A stretch of 62,538 nucleotides of DNA, counting the filler, from Stramenopiles sp. TOSAG23-2 (taxonomy: Eukaryota): assembly GCA_900128395.1 (NCBI GenBank). It is 8 parts of 8 records of this genome, joined end to end, with 100 filler letters (N's around TTAATTAATTAA, not from the genome) between each part and the next. Parts side by side here need not be neighbours in the genome. Positions count along the whole stretch, not along the records: positions 1 to 26,313 come from LT649437.1; 7 more parts are not named here. The stretch is one strand, 5' to 3'. Below the pieces are notes generated by a model that was given only the letters and a program-made list of their open reading frames with translations, was not told where the DNA came from and ran no database searches. Numbering within the stretch: the first letter of the stretch is position 1; every line of letters begins with the position of its first letter. Below, in pieces: positions 1 through 11,430 of the stretch. Both the position numbers and the translations under genes were made by a program.

Positions 1-572
1 AATGGTATTTGTTTAAACAACAAGATCATTTTTGTTTTATTGGTTCTATATATATCTGTATAGTGTATACTATTCAGACAGAAAAAAGAAGAATTATTCC
101 AGAATTCCTCCTCACTCTCTTTCGTCGTGCGTAGCTTGTGGTTGCTGTGGTGCTGTGGTACAGTATTAATATTACCAGATTACCAGGTAATAACTGGATA
201 GTATAATATATTTATAAATAAAAAAATGTTGGTCCATGATGCCTTAATATTTTGCATTAGCCACAGGTTAGCAGGCCTTATTATAGTGCAGGAATATTAC
301 TTGTAATATTATAGCACCTACTGTATTAATATTATAATATTAAAAATAATTATTAAGTTTTTTTTATACTGTATTTTTTGCTTATCGATCTCTACCTAAA
401 CTCTGGCAACTCTGTGGCACTCTAGCACTCTACCCGAGACGACTAAAAACTCCGTCCAGTCCACAAAACCCCGTACGTTGATGCAATTTTAAATTCCAAA
501 TCTCTCCATAATGTATATCATATTAAATTTTATAGAGCACACAATTCTCATTTATTACGCTTGTAATGCTTA

Positions 573-3500
573 CTATTTCCCCCCTTTTCCTTTTTTCCCT
601 CCTTTTTTCCCTCCTTTTTTCCCACCTTTTCCTCCTTTACCATTTTTCCCCCACTTTGGCTTTCCACTATGCCATTTGTTCTTCGTATGTTGATTATTCG
701 GCTTATACTTTTTGTGTGAACCATTATTACCATTATATTTTTGCTTACCTGGCTTATTATTATAATTATTACTACCATCATATTTTCGCTTACCTGGGAT
801 ATTATTCTTACTATTATGTTTCTTAGTTATAGGAAGTTGTCTTGGAGCAATCATATCTATAATAGCATTTACACCGGGGTTGCTGGCATTGTCTTCAGAT
901 GCAAATTCATCGATCGAAATGTGCCCATCTTTATTTTTGTCCAGGTTTGTAAACAATATATCCAAACATTGAATTGAAAATTCTGACATATGCCCATATT
1001 GAGCAATAAACCCCTTTTCCAATTCTTTCTTTGATAATTTGCCATCACTATCGGTATCTAAATAGTTGAAGAAAATTTTTAATTTATCTACACGATTATT
1101 GCTGCTTACCTGATCAGCAAAATAACGAAACAAATTTAACACATCTTCCACATACACAACATCAACACCAGCCGATTTAGCCGCTAGTTCGAAGTATGAA
1201 TTAATATCCGCATCAGAAAGTTTGGCAGTATTACGTTCATACACCCTCATAATTTTATGGAATTCCTCTCGAGTCATAGAATCTTTCTGTGTTAATTGTA
1301 TATGGTTTTGGAGAATTCCAAAAACTTTATTTAAAAAATCAGTATTAACATTTGTATTCGCCATGAAACTTAACATTGCACCAGACAAATCTGCATCATT
1401 TACAAAGGAAGTCCCATTATCAACTTCCATATCACCACTGCCGCTATTGCTATTGAGACTATTGCTTCTGCTTACACTTGAAGGATTCCTAATAATAAAA
1501 GATTTATGAAGATTCCATTATCAACTTCCATATCACCACTGCCGCTATTGCTATTGAGACTATTGCTTCTGCTTACACTTGAAGGATTCCTAATAATAAA
1601 AGATTTATGAAGATTCTCACACCATGTTGTCATGTAATCATCACCTTTACAATCTTCTTGTAATAACTTGATAATATTTTTTAACGTTACTGATGCTTTT
1701 TCCCAATTGTCAGGACTATTGGCGTCGTTCCATTTTGCAGCTGCTGTTCCTTTCTTTGGATAAATTTTCCTAACGACAAAATCAACCACTTGCTGCATTA
1801 CTGACATGGCTGTAGAATTTAAAAACGATCCAGTTTGGCAAAGCTCCTCAATGCTATGTAGACACGCAGTAACTAAAGCCCAATTTACCATAGCAGCCAT
1901 ACCGAATTGATGTTGATAAAATGCATCTGTTTTATCAGCAGTTAGCAATGCATGTGCGAATGCTAGGAACACTTGTACTTTTGTGGCCACACCAATTAAT
2001 TTGTGATTTGTACCTTTGCAAAGGTCGGCAAGCAGTTTAACAGCAATTCTTTGTGATCTGCCATCAAGAGAACCTTTAATTAAATTAATCAATCCAGCCA
2101 TTAGAAAACTTTCCCCAAAAATTTTTGGTTTATTTGAAGGATAGTATAACAACACTCGTAAAAATTTCAATGCAATAAGCTGGTAAGATGGAATTAATAC
2201 GTTGTGTAACATGGCACCGATCATTAAAAATGACTTCTGGTAATTACCTTTCATCACTAAATGTTCACGCGAATCATCCATCTCAGCAACTATTGATATA
2301 ATACGTAATGCTTCTTGTCGAACCCGCAAACTTGATGAGACCATATCTTTTCTTACGAGTTTACTCGCTTGAAAAGATGTTTCATTTGGAAATGACGTCA
2401 CTATTTTGACAAACTCCTCCAGGTAGGCTGGATATTTTTCTGCCCAAGAAGTTGAAGTACGTATCACCAATGAGCCATAAGTATACAACACGTTACTTCG
2501 AATATGATTAATTGCTATTGTATAAGATGTATCATCATCAATGTCATCACCTTCATACTCAGCTGACATTGGACGTTTAGAAGCATGCCCAGATTGATAT
2601 AGTATTCTAACACAATTTTGGATATTATCCCCAGTCATTTTATTCCATAATGCAGAAATAATTTTTGTACCTTCAGTTTTTGCATCCTTGTCAATATTGG
2701 GCGAATTTTCACTGCTATTCATTCCACATATGACTGCCATGGTCCATGTCGCAGCTTGTAAACATACAAGAAAAGGTATTGGTGTTACATTCGTTGCAAC
2801 TCGTTCTAGACGTCTAAAAAACCAATCATTCAACCATACGAAGTATTCTTTTTTGCACATCATATCCCGTGCTTCTTTAAGGTAAGAAGCAAATGATCCA
2901 GGTAATCGGAGAAGATGCATGAATGCCATCCTCAATTCTTTTGGCACGTTGTTATCGGCATCCCAAATGTTGTATTCATGTGCAAGATACGTATCCACAA
3001 CGTTAGCTGTGTATTGAAACACATCGTCGACTCCCTGCGCTCGTATCATCTTGTGAAATTGACCTTTGCATAGTTTACTTGTATCATTATCATCTCTTGC
3101 ACCATTTAATAGCATAGGAAAATTTGGCCCAGTCGCATAGTAATTTAAAATGTTAAAGATTTTGCTCAGACAATTGTAATATCTTTTTCTCGTCAAATTG
3201 TTTCCTTCGCTTCGACCACCAACTTCTTCGTCTTCTGTTTGAACTTTAGCTAACGCTTCCATAATTTCCTTGACTTTGTTTAGCAAGCCCTCCGTCATTT
3301 TGTGCTGATAAAATGAATAAAAAACCTTTTCCAAATGCCTTCTTAATTGGAGTTTAAAATCACGCAATGGCCCAATTATATCCAATAGTTCGAAAATACG
3401 TAAATAATTATCTAATAAATTATTCAATGTATTTGTATCCTTCGCATTTTGAAGTTGATCAATATTAAATTCAAATGCTGCCACGTCATCTTTCCATAAT

Positions 3501-4000
3501 TTAAAATCATTAAGAACGTTTGTATAATATCTATCTCTGGATAATCCATTGGAAGCAGTAGCAAACAGAAGTTGTGCGTCTCGATTAAATTCAATACCAC
3601 CACCATTGTATTGCAACGATTGATTTCGCTTTGCTTCAAATCTTTTTAGCTCATGATTGTATTTATCATCTACAGCTGAGTGAGAATCTATAAATTCAGT
3701 CAAAACATGAAATGGATTTTGCATTCTCAAGGTATTTCCTCCTTTCTCGCCTATTTCAAAGGTAGCATGGATCTCATTCATAAAAGCCTCGAACTCTGCC
3801 TGGTCCACATGGCCATCATTATCTGTATCCATGCGGGTAAAGACGTCATCAATATGTTTTTTTGCATTTACATCCGCATTTTTAAACATACGAATCAATT
3901 CTGTTTTTGATATCGTTCCATTATTGTCAGTATCAATTAGTTGGAATGTTTGTTTAATTAGTATTTTGAGATCTTTAGTAGTACTAGCTATACTTGCCAT
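573..4000 (-). CDS. Multi-EF-hand protein: N-terminal EF-hand pair, long alpha-helical (ARM/HEAT-like) core, C-terminal EF-hands, Lys/Gly-rich tail; about 1108 aa when reconstructed
   Basis: EF loops DTDNNGTISKTE, DTDNDGHVDQAE, DTDSDGKLSKKE, DKNKDGHISIDE. ORFs 1472-4228 and 573-1430 join in frame (SGSGDMEVDNG|TSFV) once one copy of the 101-bp duplication at 1414-1615 is removed. Likely ATG at 4000 (MASIAST). Confidence 0.75.
1414..1615. repeat. Exact 101-bp tandem duplication, probably an assembly artefact
   Basis: 1414-1514 is identical to 1515-1615; the length is not a multiple of 3 and breaks the reading frame. Confidence 0.9.
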
Positions 4001-4110
4001 GATATTTGTTATAATATAATGTATATATATATATATGTTGCTTTGTTTACTTATTGTATAGTAATAATTATAATTATTATGTTCGTATTTTCTGTTGTGA
4101 TCCTTATACA

Positions 4111-6143
4111 ATGGCACCACGGAAACCTGCATCGAGCAAGGTGAAAAGAGGAAGAAGAAGAAGGAGTAGCCGCGTTGCAAAAAAAGATAAAAAATTAAAT
4201 GATGATGAACAATTCGCCTCGAAGACAAATAATGATAATGATATACTTGCTGATGAGGAGCTATCTTTTTTCAATAAAACCGTTCGTGCTTTGTCACCAC
4301 GTTCAATTAGTAAACGTTTGCGTTCCATCTCTCCATTATTTTCAAGTAGTGGTAGAGTAAATCGAGCTGAATCAGCATTAGATAATGTTGAAAAGCAAAC
4401 TGAACAATTCAACACGGAAGATACGTTTTGGTATGCAGTGAAATTTGGACAACGTGATAATTTAATGAATTTTATTGAAGGAGATAAAGATTGTTTACCG
4501 AAAGAAAAGCGTGTCGAAGCTAATGAAACTTGCTTAGAAGAGCGCGATCCAGTAGGCGCAACTCCGTTGCATTTACTTTGCCTTTTTGGCCATACTTCAC
4601 TTGCAATGGAAATCATATCAAAGTACCCTGAACGTGGATTAGATATGTATGATTTAAAACAATCAAAACAAAATGATGATAATGATGATAATACTGAGAA
4701 CAACAAAAAACCAACTTTATCACCTTATCATGGAGAAAATTGTTTGCATATAGCAATTGTAAAACATGATATGGAATTAGTCAAATGTTTAGTTGAGAAT
4801 TGCGGTGAAGAATTGTTTAAACAGGAAACTATTGGTTCTTTTTTTTTACCTTCCGCGAATGATGCTTTTGACAATAATGATAATAACGATCATGACGATA
4901 AAACAGTTTATTTTGGTGGCTTTCCATTAAGTTTTGCAGTTGCTTCCAATCAACCAGAAATCGTAAAATATTTGATAAACGAAGGTGCTGATATTACAGC
5001 AAAAGATTCTAGTACATACGCATTTGGCAATACAGCTATGCATATATCAATCTTATACGAATTACCAGAGATGTACGATTTGTTGTTGGAATTATGGCAG
5101 GAAAATAATATTCCAGGTGAATTCAGTTCACAATTAAATAAATATCAACAAAGTGCATTGACCTACTCTGCTGCAATTGCTAAAAGTGGTAAAATGTTTC
5201 GACATATATTACACAAGCAAAAAGTAGTGCAATGGAATTATGGTCCAGTCACATGCGTAGCATATCCTTTGAAAGAACTCGATGTCATGCAATTTAAACC
5301 CGGTGATAGAAAAGGATGCTTGGAATATTTTGTAGAAAATGAACATTTTGATTTAATATCGGATAAACTTGTATTGAATTTAATTGATAAGAAATGGAAA
5401 TGCTTTGCAGAGGAAGAATTTAATTTACGATTTTGGCGAACGACAGCATTTATTTGCTCCATTTTTTTGGTTAGTATGTTGCCTCGTATGGAAGAAAGTA
5501 TAGACAACAACACAACACTTTCTTTTAATTCTTTTTTTCAAATATGGAGCAATGGCTCCATTAGTAATTATGTAAAATGTAGATATATATTTGAAATTCT
5601 TGCAGTTTTACTAGCCTTTTATAAATCCCTTGAAGAATTGAAAGAAATGCATTTTCATGGCGTTTTGCAACATTTCACCGCGCAAGGAGCTGCTGTTTTT
5701 GAGAATGTTGCAAGTGCATTTTGCATTGTGACTGTATTTGCACTCTTTATTTTCCGCGTTTTTTTAATATTGAAGCTCATGAAGAAGATGCAATATTGGC
5801 AAGTTTAAATATTGCAGCATGGATTAATTTGTTATGGTTTTTTGTTGGAATGTCTCCCGATATTGGTATCTTTGTTATTATATTGCATAAGATGATAATA
5901 TCAGATTTAAAAACATTTTCATTGATATCATTTGTTTTTTTAGGTGGATTTTCCACTGCATTTCATTTACTTGGGGAAGAAGAAGGTATTGGTAGCTTGG
6001 GTGCACAAGTTGTTGATATGATGGCAAATATATTAGGTGATTTCGATATTTCATCGTATAGTAGCAAACGATACCCACATGTTGCCACTGGCTTAGCGTT
6101 GCTATATATATTCTTGTTACGGTACATACGAGTATCATATTAA
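4111..6143 (+). CDS. TRPV-like transient receptor potential cation channel (ankyrin repeats plus TM segments); frameshifted near 5760 and 3'-truncated
   Basis: TRPV-type motifs YHGENCLHIAI, GSFF, YFGGFPLSFAV, GNTAMHI, WNYGPVTCVAYPL, LIDKKW. S4-S5 and pore region (IGIFVIILHKMIISDLKTF...F..GFSTAF...LGDFD) lie in the -1 frame ORF 5721-6143. End of S6 and the TRP box are missing. Confidence 0.8.
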
Positions 6144-6490
6144 AAATTTTCATCGTTAAAAATAGGGACATAGAACATATTATCAGAAGAGTAAAAATTA
6201 AATAAAAAAATATACGAGTATATGAGAGATGCATATAGGTTTTTAGAAATATACGCGTTGTATACAATATACGAGTAACATATACGTATATAATATATCA
6301 TATATATATCATAAAATGTATAACCATTTAATTATTAAAATATATGCATATTATTTTTTAAATTTCCTGTATTTATTAAAAATATTACTTCTCCTCTTAT
6401 AAAACTTAGATTTTAAACCCCCATTCAAAAATTATTAATAAAATCCTCATTTTTTTTACGAAGCGTCAGTAAAAAAATCACACACCACAC

Positions 6491-6811
6491 TCATTTTAAA
6501 CTACTCCATTCACCAAGCTTTTCATAATTTTGAACTTGCAAATAACGATCAGTTGGATGATCGTTATTGATTTCTAAAATCCAATATCGTTTATGCTCCA
6601 TTGCAATTTTTGCTTTTTTGATTTGTTCTTCTAGTTTTGCTTTTTGTCGACGTAGTTCCTCCATTGTTGGAAGCTTTACAGTAAGACTACTATTATTCAC
6701 TTTAATTAATTGTGGTGACAAGGATATTGTTTTACTTATAATAGGCCTTACAACTGAGGAAGATGGTTGTACTTCAACACGTACTTTTGATGTTGATGAG
6801 TAGGAGGACAT
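6491..6811 (-). CDS. Small hypothetical protein with a coiled-coil segment
   Basis: ATG at 6811, one nt after the upstream stop codon; MEELRRQKAKLEEQIKKAKIAME helix; no recognisable family. Confidence 0.35.
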   Translation of the reverse strand: MSSYSSTSKVRVEVQPSSSVVRPIISKTISLSPQLIKVNNSSLTVKLPTMEELRRQKAKLEEQIKKAKIAMEHKRYWILEINNDHPTDRYLQVQNYEKLGEWSSLK

Positions 6812-6812
6812 G

Positions 6813-9041
6813 TTAATTGTGATTCTTGTTGTTGGATGGATGAGTATTGTAACAATCATAACTAATTACATCTGGTATTTTTTGAAATCCTAATTTAAAT
6901 GCTTCACTTTCATCATGTAAACGAAAATCATTATTATGTGGATTTAGAAATAATGGATTGATATTTAATTTTGAATGCATATCATACCCATTGCTTATCC
7001 ATGATTTCCAATTACCAACTGGTGTAATTTCCATGTTATTTATTAAATCAATTTCAAATTTTGGAGAATATATTAAATTGTAATCAGATGTATATGCATA
7101 TAATGTATGATTAAATGGTGTTTTTGCGCTTATCAATTTTGATCGATTATTTGTATACCAAATAATATTTTTCAAGAAGGAATTATTATATGAATGATGC
7201 TTCAAAAACGTACCAACATCAGATTGCCCTGCATCATAGTATCCATAACGACCTTTTTTTGGAAAATGATTTGAACAATTGATAAATATATTATTTCGTA
7301 CCATATTATCTTTACCGCCATGGAAAAACACACCACCATTCACATTTGTATTGACAACATTACCTTCGACTAGAAATCCGCTTGCATCATTATCTAAATA
7401 AATTCCCCAATTGAAAAATGGCGTTAATATTGTTCCATTTGGATTTGTATCAAAACCAATTACGTTTTTCACACAATTATTTTTAACAATTGTATTTGTA
7501 GTACCACCACCGATGAATGATAACCCACCTAAATCACGTGTTTTTTCTCCTAAATTTTCTAAACGATTTAATTCAACTATATTATGAATGGACATTCCAT
7601 TTGGACCATCATTTGATCGAATAGCAATACCCCATCGACTACAATTTGAAATATTGTTTTCTTTAATATGTATATAACTGCCGCTACTAACTAATACGCC
7701 ACCCGCACTTGCTAATATTTCCCCAACGCCATCTATTAGATTTGATTGAACTAAACAATGTCGTGCTTGACTTGTTGTATTACCAGTAAATATGATAGGA
7801 CTTTGTCCAATTTTATTAAATGTATTCTTTACAATATTAATATTAGTTGATTGGTTTGTTATATGAATACCACCACTGCCTAAATGATGAAACAAACAAT
7901 TTGTAATATTAATATTTTTAGATTGGCTAATGTGTATACTTGAATCTGATGGCATGCCTATACTTGATGGTAAAATATTAAATCCTTCTTGAAAGCCATT
8001 TGATATATAATCTACATCAATCAAATTTAAATTACGTATTTCATAATTTTGAACATTTTGAAAAGAAAAGATATAATCATTTTGTGGGACATATACATTA
8101 AGTTGTGATTGTGTGAATGGCAGTTTATCATCATCATCATTGTTGTTGTTGTTGTTGTTGTTACCAATTGTAGTAGATATATATAATTGTTTCATCTCAT
8201 AATCTAAATACCATCCATTACCACCACTATCACTTAACGCTTCGATAAAGGAATATATATAAAAACGATTGCCTGGTCGTATATGACAAGAAAGTGATGT
8301 ATTTGTACAATGTTTTGTATACATTAAAAAACATTTATAATCAGTTGGACATAATGGGTCCTGACTTTGTTCAATAATTGATGCTTCAAAATTAATCCAT
8401 GATAATGTTGGAAACATATGCACTTTCGCATTTTTTAACTTTGAATTTGCAATACTTTTCGATTTGATTTGATTTCGTGAGATACCAATTAAAAATGTAT
8501 TATTACCTTTATAAACATTTACCTTTGCATCAACAAATAACCAATCATCCTTTCCTGGAGGATATCGAGCATTTGGTAACAAACCATTTTCATTACGTAA
8601 TGTTTTAAAATCAATAATTTTTAAGTCATTGTATTGTTTTAAATCGCATACATATGTTGTAGATGATGATGGCATCATATCGATGATGTCCGTTTTTTGA
8701 AAGCAATCGTGTGGTATTTTATATGCTGTTGATACATTTACATTAATATTATTATTATATGCTTGATAAATTGTTTTTCCTCCTGAATTATTATTATTAT
8801 TACCGTGAAAATCAATTCCATTTTGTACCGTATATTGTCCTTCAAGAAAATTAACAATTATATCATCAGCAGTATATATTTTACGCATATTTGTAATTAC
8901 AGTTTGCACATGTTTTATGGTCTGATATGGTTTTAATATGGTGCCAGTTCCATCATTATCATTACCAATTTGAGAAGAAATAAAAATTTCAGTGTATGAT
9001 AATTTCTTTGCATCAATTTTGCCATTTACAATGGTTACATT

Positions 9042-9073
<32 letters not shown>

Positions 9074-9125
9074 TCGTCATTGCATTCCAACACCAATAAG
9101 AAGGTATTCGTTTTGTTTGTATCAT
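6813..9125 (-). CDS. Secreted right-handed parallel beta-helix (pectin-lyase fold) protein, putative polysaccharide-active enzyme
   Basis: Poly-Leu signal peptide; GNDNDGTGT..KPYQTI N-terminal motif; repeated N-x-I/G-I-x beta-helix coils; WGIYLDN..SG..VEGN; C-terminal PLF..P...DFRL..ESEAFKLGFQ.IP motif typical of bacterial beta-helix proteins. Confidence 0.75.
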
Positions 9126-9447
9126 GTTTTTATCCTATTGTTCAATAATATTTGTTAATAACAATAATATAAGAATAATATGAAACATCTATATTTTAAA
9201 ATTATGAAAGGAATGTTTACTTCCATATATATTTTTAAGATATATAATGGATATTTTTGTTTCCAATAAATATATTTTTTAAAATAATAAGAATTTTAGT
9301 ATAATCCTGGTATTATTATATATATATTAATTATTATTATTAATAATAAAATATTTTGTTAAATCTACGATTTAATAAAATTATTAATATAAAATTTCTC
9401 TCTCTCTCTCTAGATACACATAACTTTTATATATTCTTTTTTACATA

Positions 9448-10196
9448 TTATCGTCGATTACGCATCTTTCTATATTCACGGAAAATGAAATTTTCATATT
9501 TACTGATCAAATCACGTCCATTACTATATGCAAACCATAAGCCAAATAATGTTCCAGATAAATGTGCAGCATGCCCAATCGTCGTCCATCCCTTTATTAA
9601 TCCAACAACATCAACTGCAGATATTAAAGCAACAACTTGTTTACCACTCATTGATATCATTGGTAAAAAAATAATACTAAATGCTATATTATCATCTTGA
9701 CTCAAAATAGCTGCACATGCAAGTAATGCACCAGATGCACCTAAACCTGGCATTCCCATATGAATAGGTTTACGTATGGTATTGTAAACATTTGCACCAA
9801 AACTAGAAAATGTACCTGCGGTAACATATAATGCTAATAAATCTTCATGTGAATAATTCAATCGTGAAAGTAATATTGGACCAAAACTATACAATGCGAT
9901 TGAATTCAATGCTAAATGTGGTAATGTTGCATGTGAAAATGTAGATAACAAAAGTGCACGAGAATGTACATTGTAAATAGAAGACATAAAATTATGTTTC
10001 ATGACACCATGAAACGTTGGGATTTGATGCATACCAAATATTGCGACGTGTGAAGCTAATATTGAATTTGTAACTGTTGTATTGTCATAAATCGGTTTAA
10101 AATACTCTTGCAAATTATTATTATTACAAAAATTATAAAATCGTCTCCACAATTTATTTGTAGTATTATCCAATTTTTCACTTTTTACAACAGCTG
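9448..10196 (-). CDS. Rhomboid intramembrane serine protease (PARL/Pcp1-like), 5'-incomplete
   Basis: FSH...HLALN, catalytic GASG and TM6 GHAAHLSG; the frame is open to the junction at about 10197 with no ATG. Confidence 0.8.
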
Positions 10197-10819
10197 CAAA
10201 TTCAATATTAGCTTCACACGTCGCAATATTTGGTATGCATCAAATCCCAACGTTTCATGGTGTCATGAAACATAATTTTATGTCTTCTATTTACAATGTA
10301 CATTCTCGTGCACTTTTGTTATCTACATTTTCACATGCAACATTACCACATTTAGCATTGAATTCAATCGCATTGTATAGTTTTGGTCCAATATTACTTT
10401 CACGATTGAATTATTCACATGAAGATTTATTAGCATTATATGTTACCGCAGGTACATTTTCTAGTTTTGGTGCAAATGTTTACAATACCATACGTAAACC
10501 TATTCATATGGGAATGCCAGGTTTAGGTGCATCTGGTGCATTACTTGCATGTGCAGCTATTTTGAGTCAAGATGATAATATAGCATTTAGTATTATTTTT
10601 TTACCAATGATATCAATGAGTGGTAAACAAGTTGTTGCTTTAATATCTGCAGTTGATGTTGTTGGATTAATAAAGGGATGGACGACGATTGGGCATGCTG
10701 CACATTTATCTGGAACATTATTTGGCTTATGGTTTGCATATAGTAATGGACGTGATTTGATCAGTAAATATGAAAATTTTATTTTCCGTGAATATAGAAA
10801 GATGCGTAATCGACGATAA
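10197..10819 (+). CDS. Inverted second copy of the rhomboid protease, 5'-incomplete
   Basis: Translation identical to the C-terminal 194 aa of the minus-strand copy. Confidence 0.7.
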
Positions 10820-10850
10820 TATATAAAAGAATATAAAAGTTATGCGTATC

Positions 10851-11126
<276 letters not shown>

Positions 11127-11205
11127 ACACCCCAAATATTATGTATTGACATTCCCTATATAAACAAAGTAACTTATGCACATACAAAAGATAAAAAAAG
11201 AAACC

Positions 11206-11273
11206 TTCCGATGCCGGGATTTGAATGTGGGTTTCCTGTGTGAAAGGCAGAAATGCTGACCAACTACATTGGA
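11206..11273 (-). pseudogene. Degenerate, intron-less tRNA-Glu(UUC) copy
   Basis: Minus strand TCCAATGTAGTTGGTCAGCATTTCTGCCTTTCACACAGGAAACCCACATTCAAATCCCGGCATCGGAA; 5-nt deletion in the D arm and a broken T stem; flanks shared with the gene at 11431-11577. Confidence 0.85.
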
Positions 11274-11417
11274 TGTTGTTAAAAGATGCTTCACTTCTTG
11301 AAGCAATAAAAAAATAACTCTGTAGAATAATTTAAATTGTCAAATCTTTTTCCACTGCAAAAACATTGTTATAACACTTACAATTCAAACAAAGTAACTT
11401 ATTCACATACAAAAGAT

Positions 11418-11424
11418 AAAAAAA
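11418..11424 (-). terminator. Pol III-type T7 terminator of tRNA-Glu
   Basis: GGTTTC-TTTTTTT directly after the discriminator base on the minus strand. Confidence 0.65.
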
Positions 11425-11430
11425 GAAACC

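Noticed and set aside
511-977. Short plus-strand ORFs rich in F/P/Y, and similar antisense ORFs at 25825-26365, 30347-31006, 45728-46453, 51335-52057 and 59312-59919
   Set aside because: Shadow frames of low-complexity coding sequence on the opposite strand.
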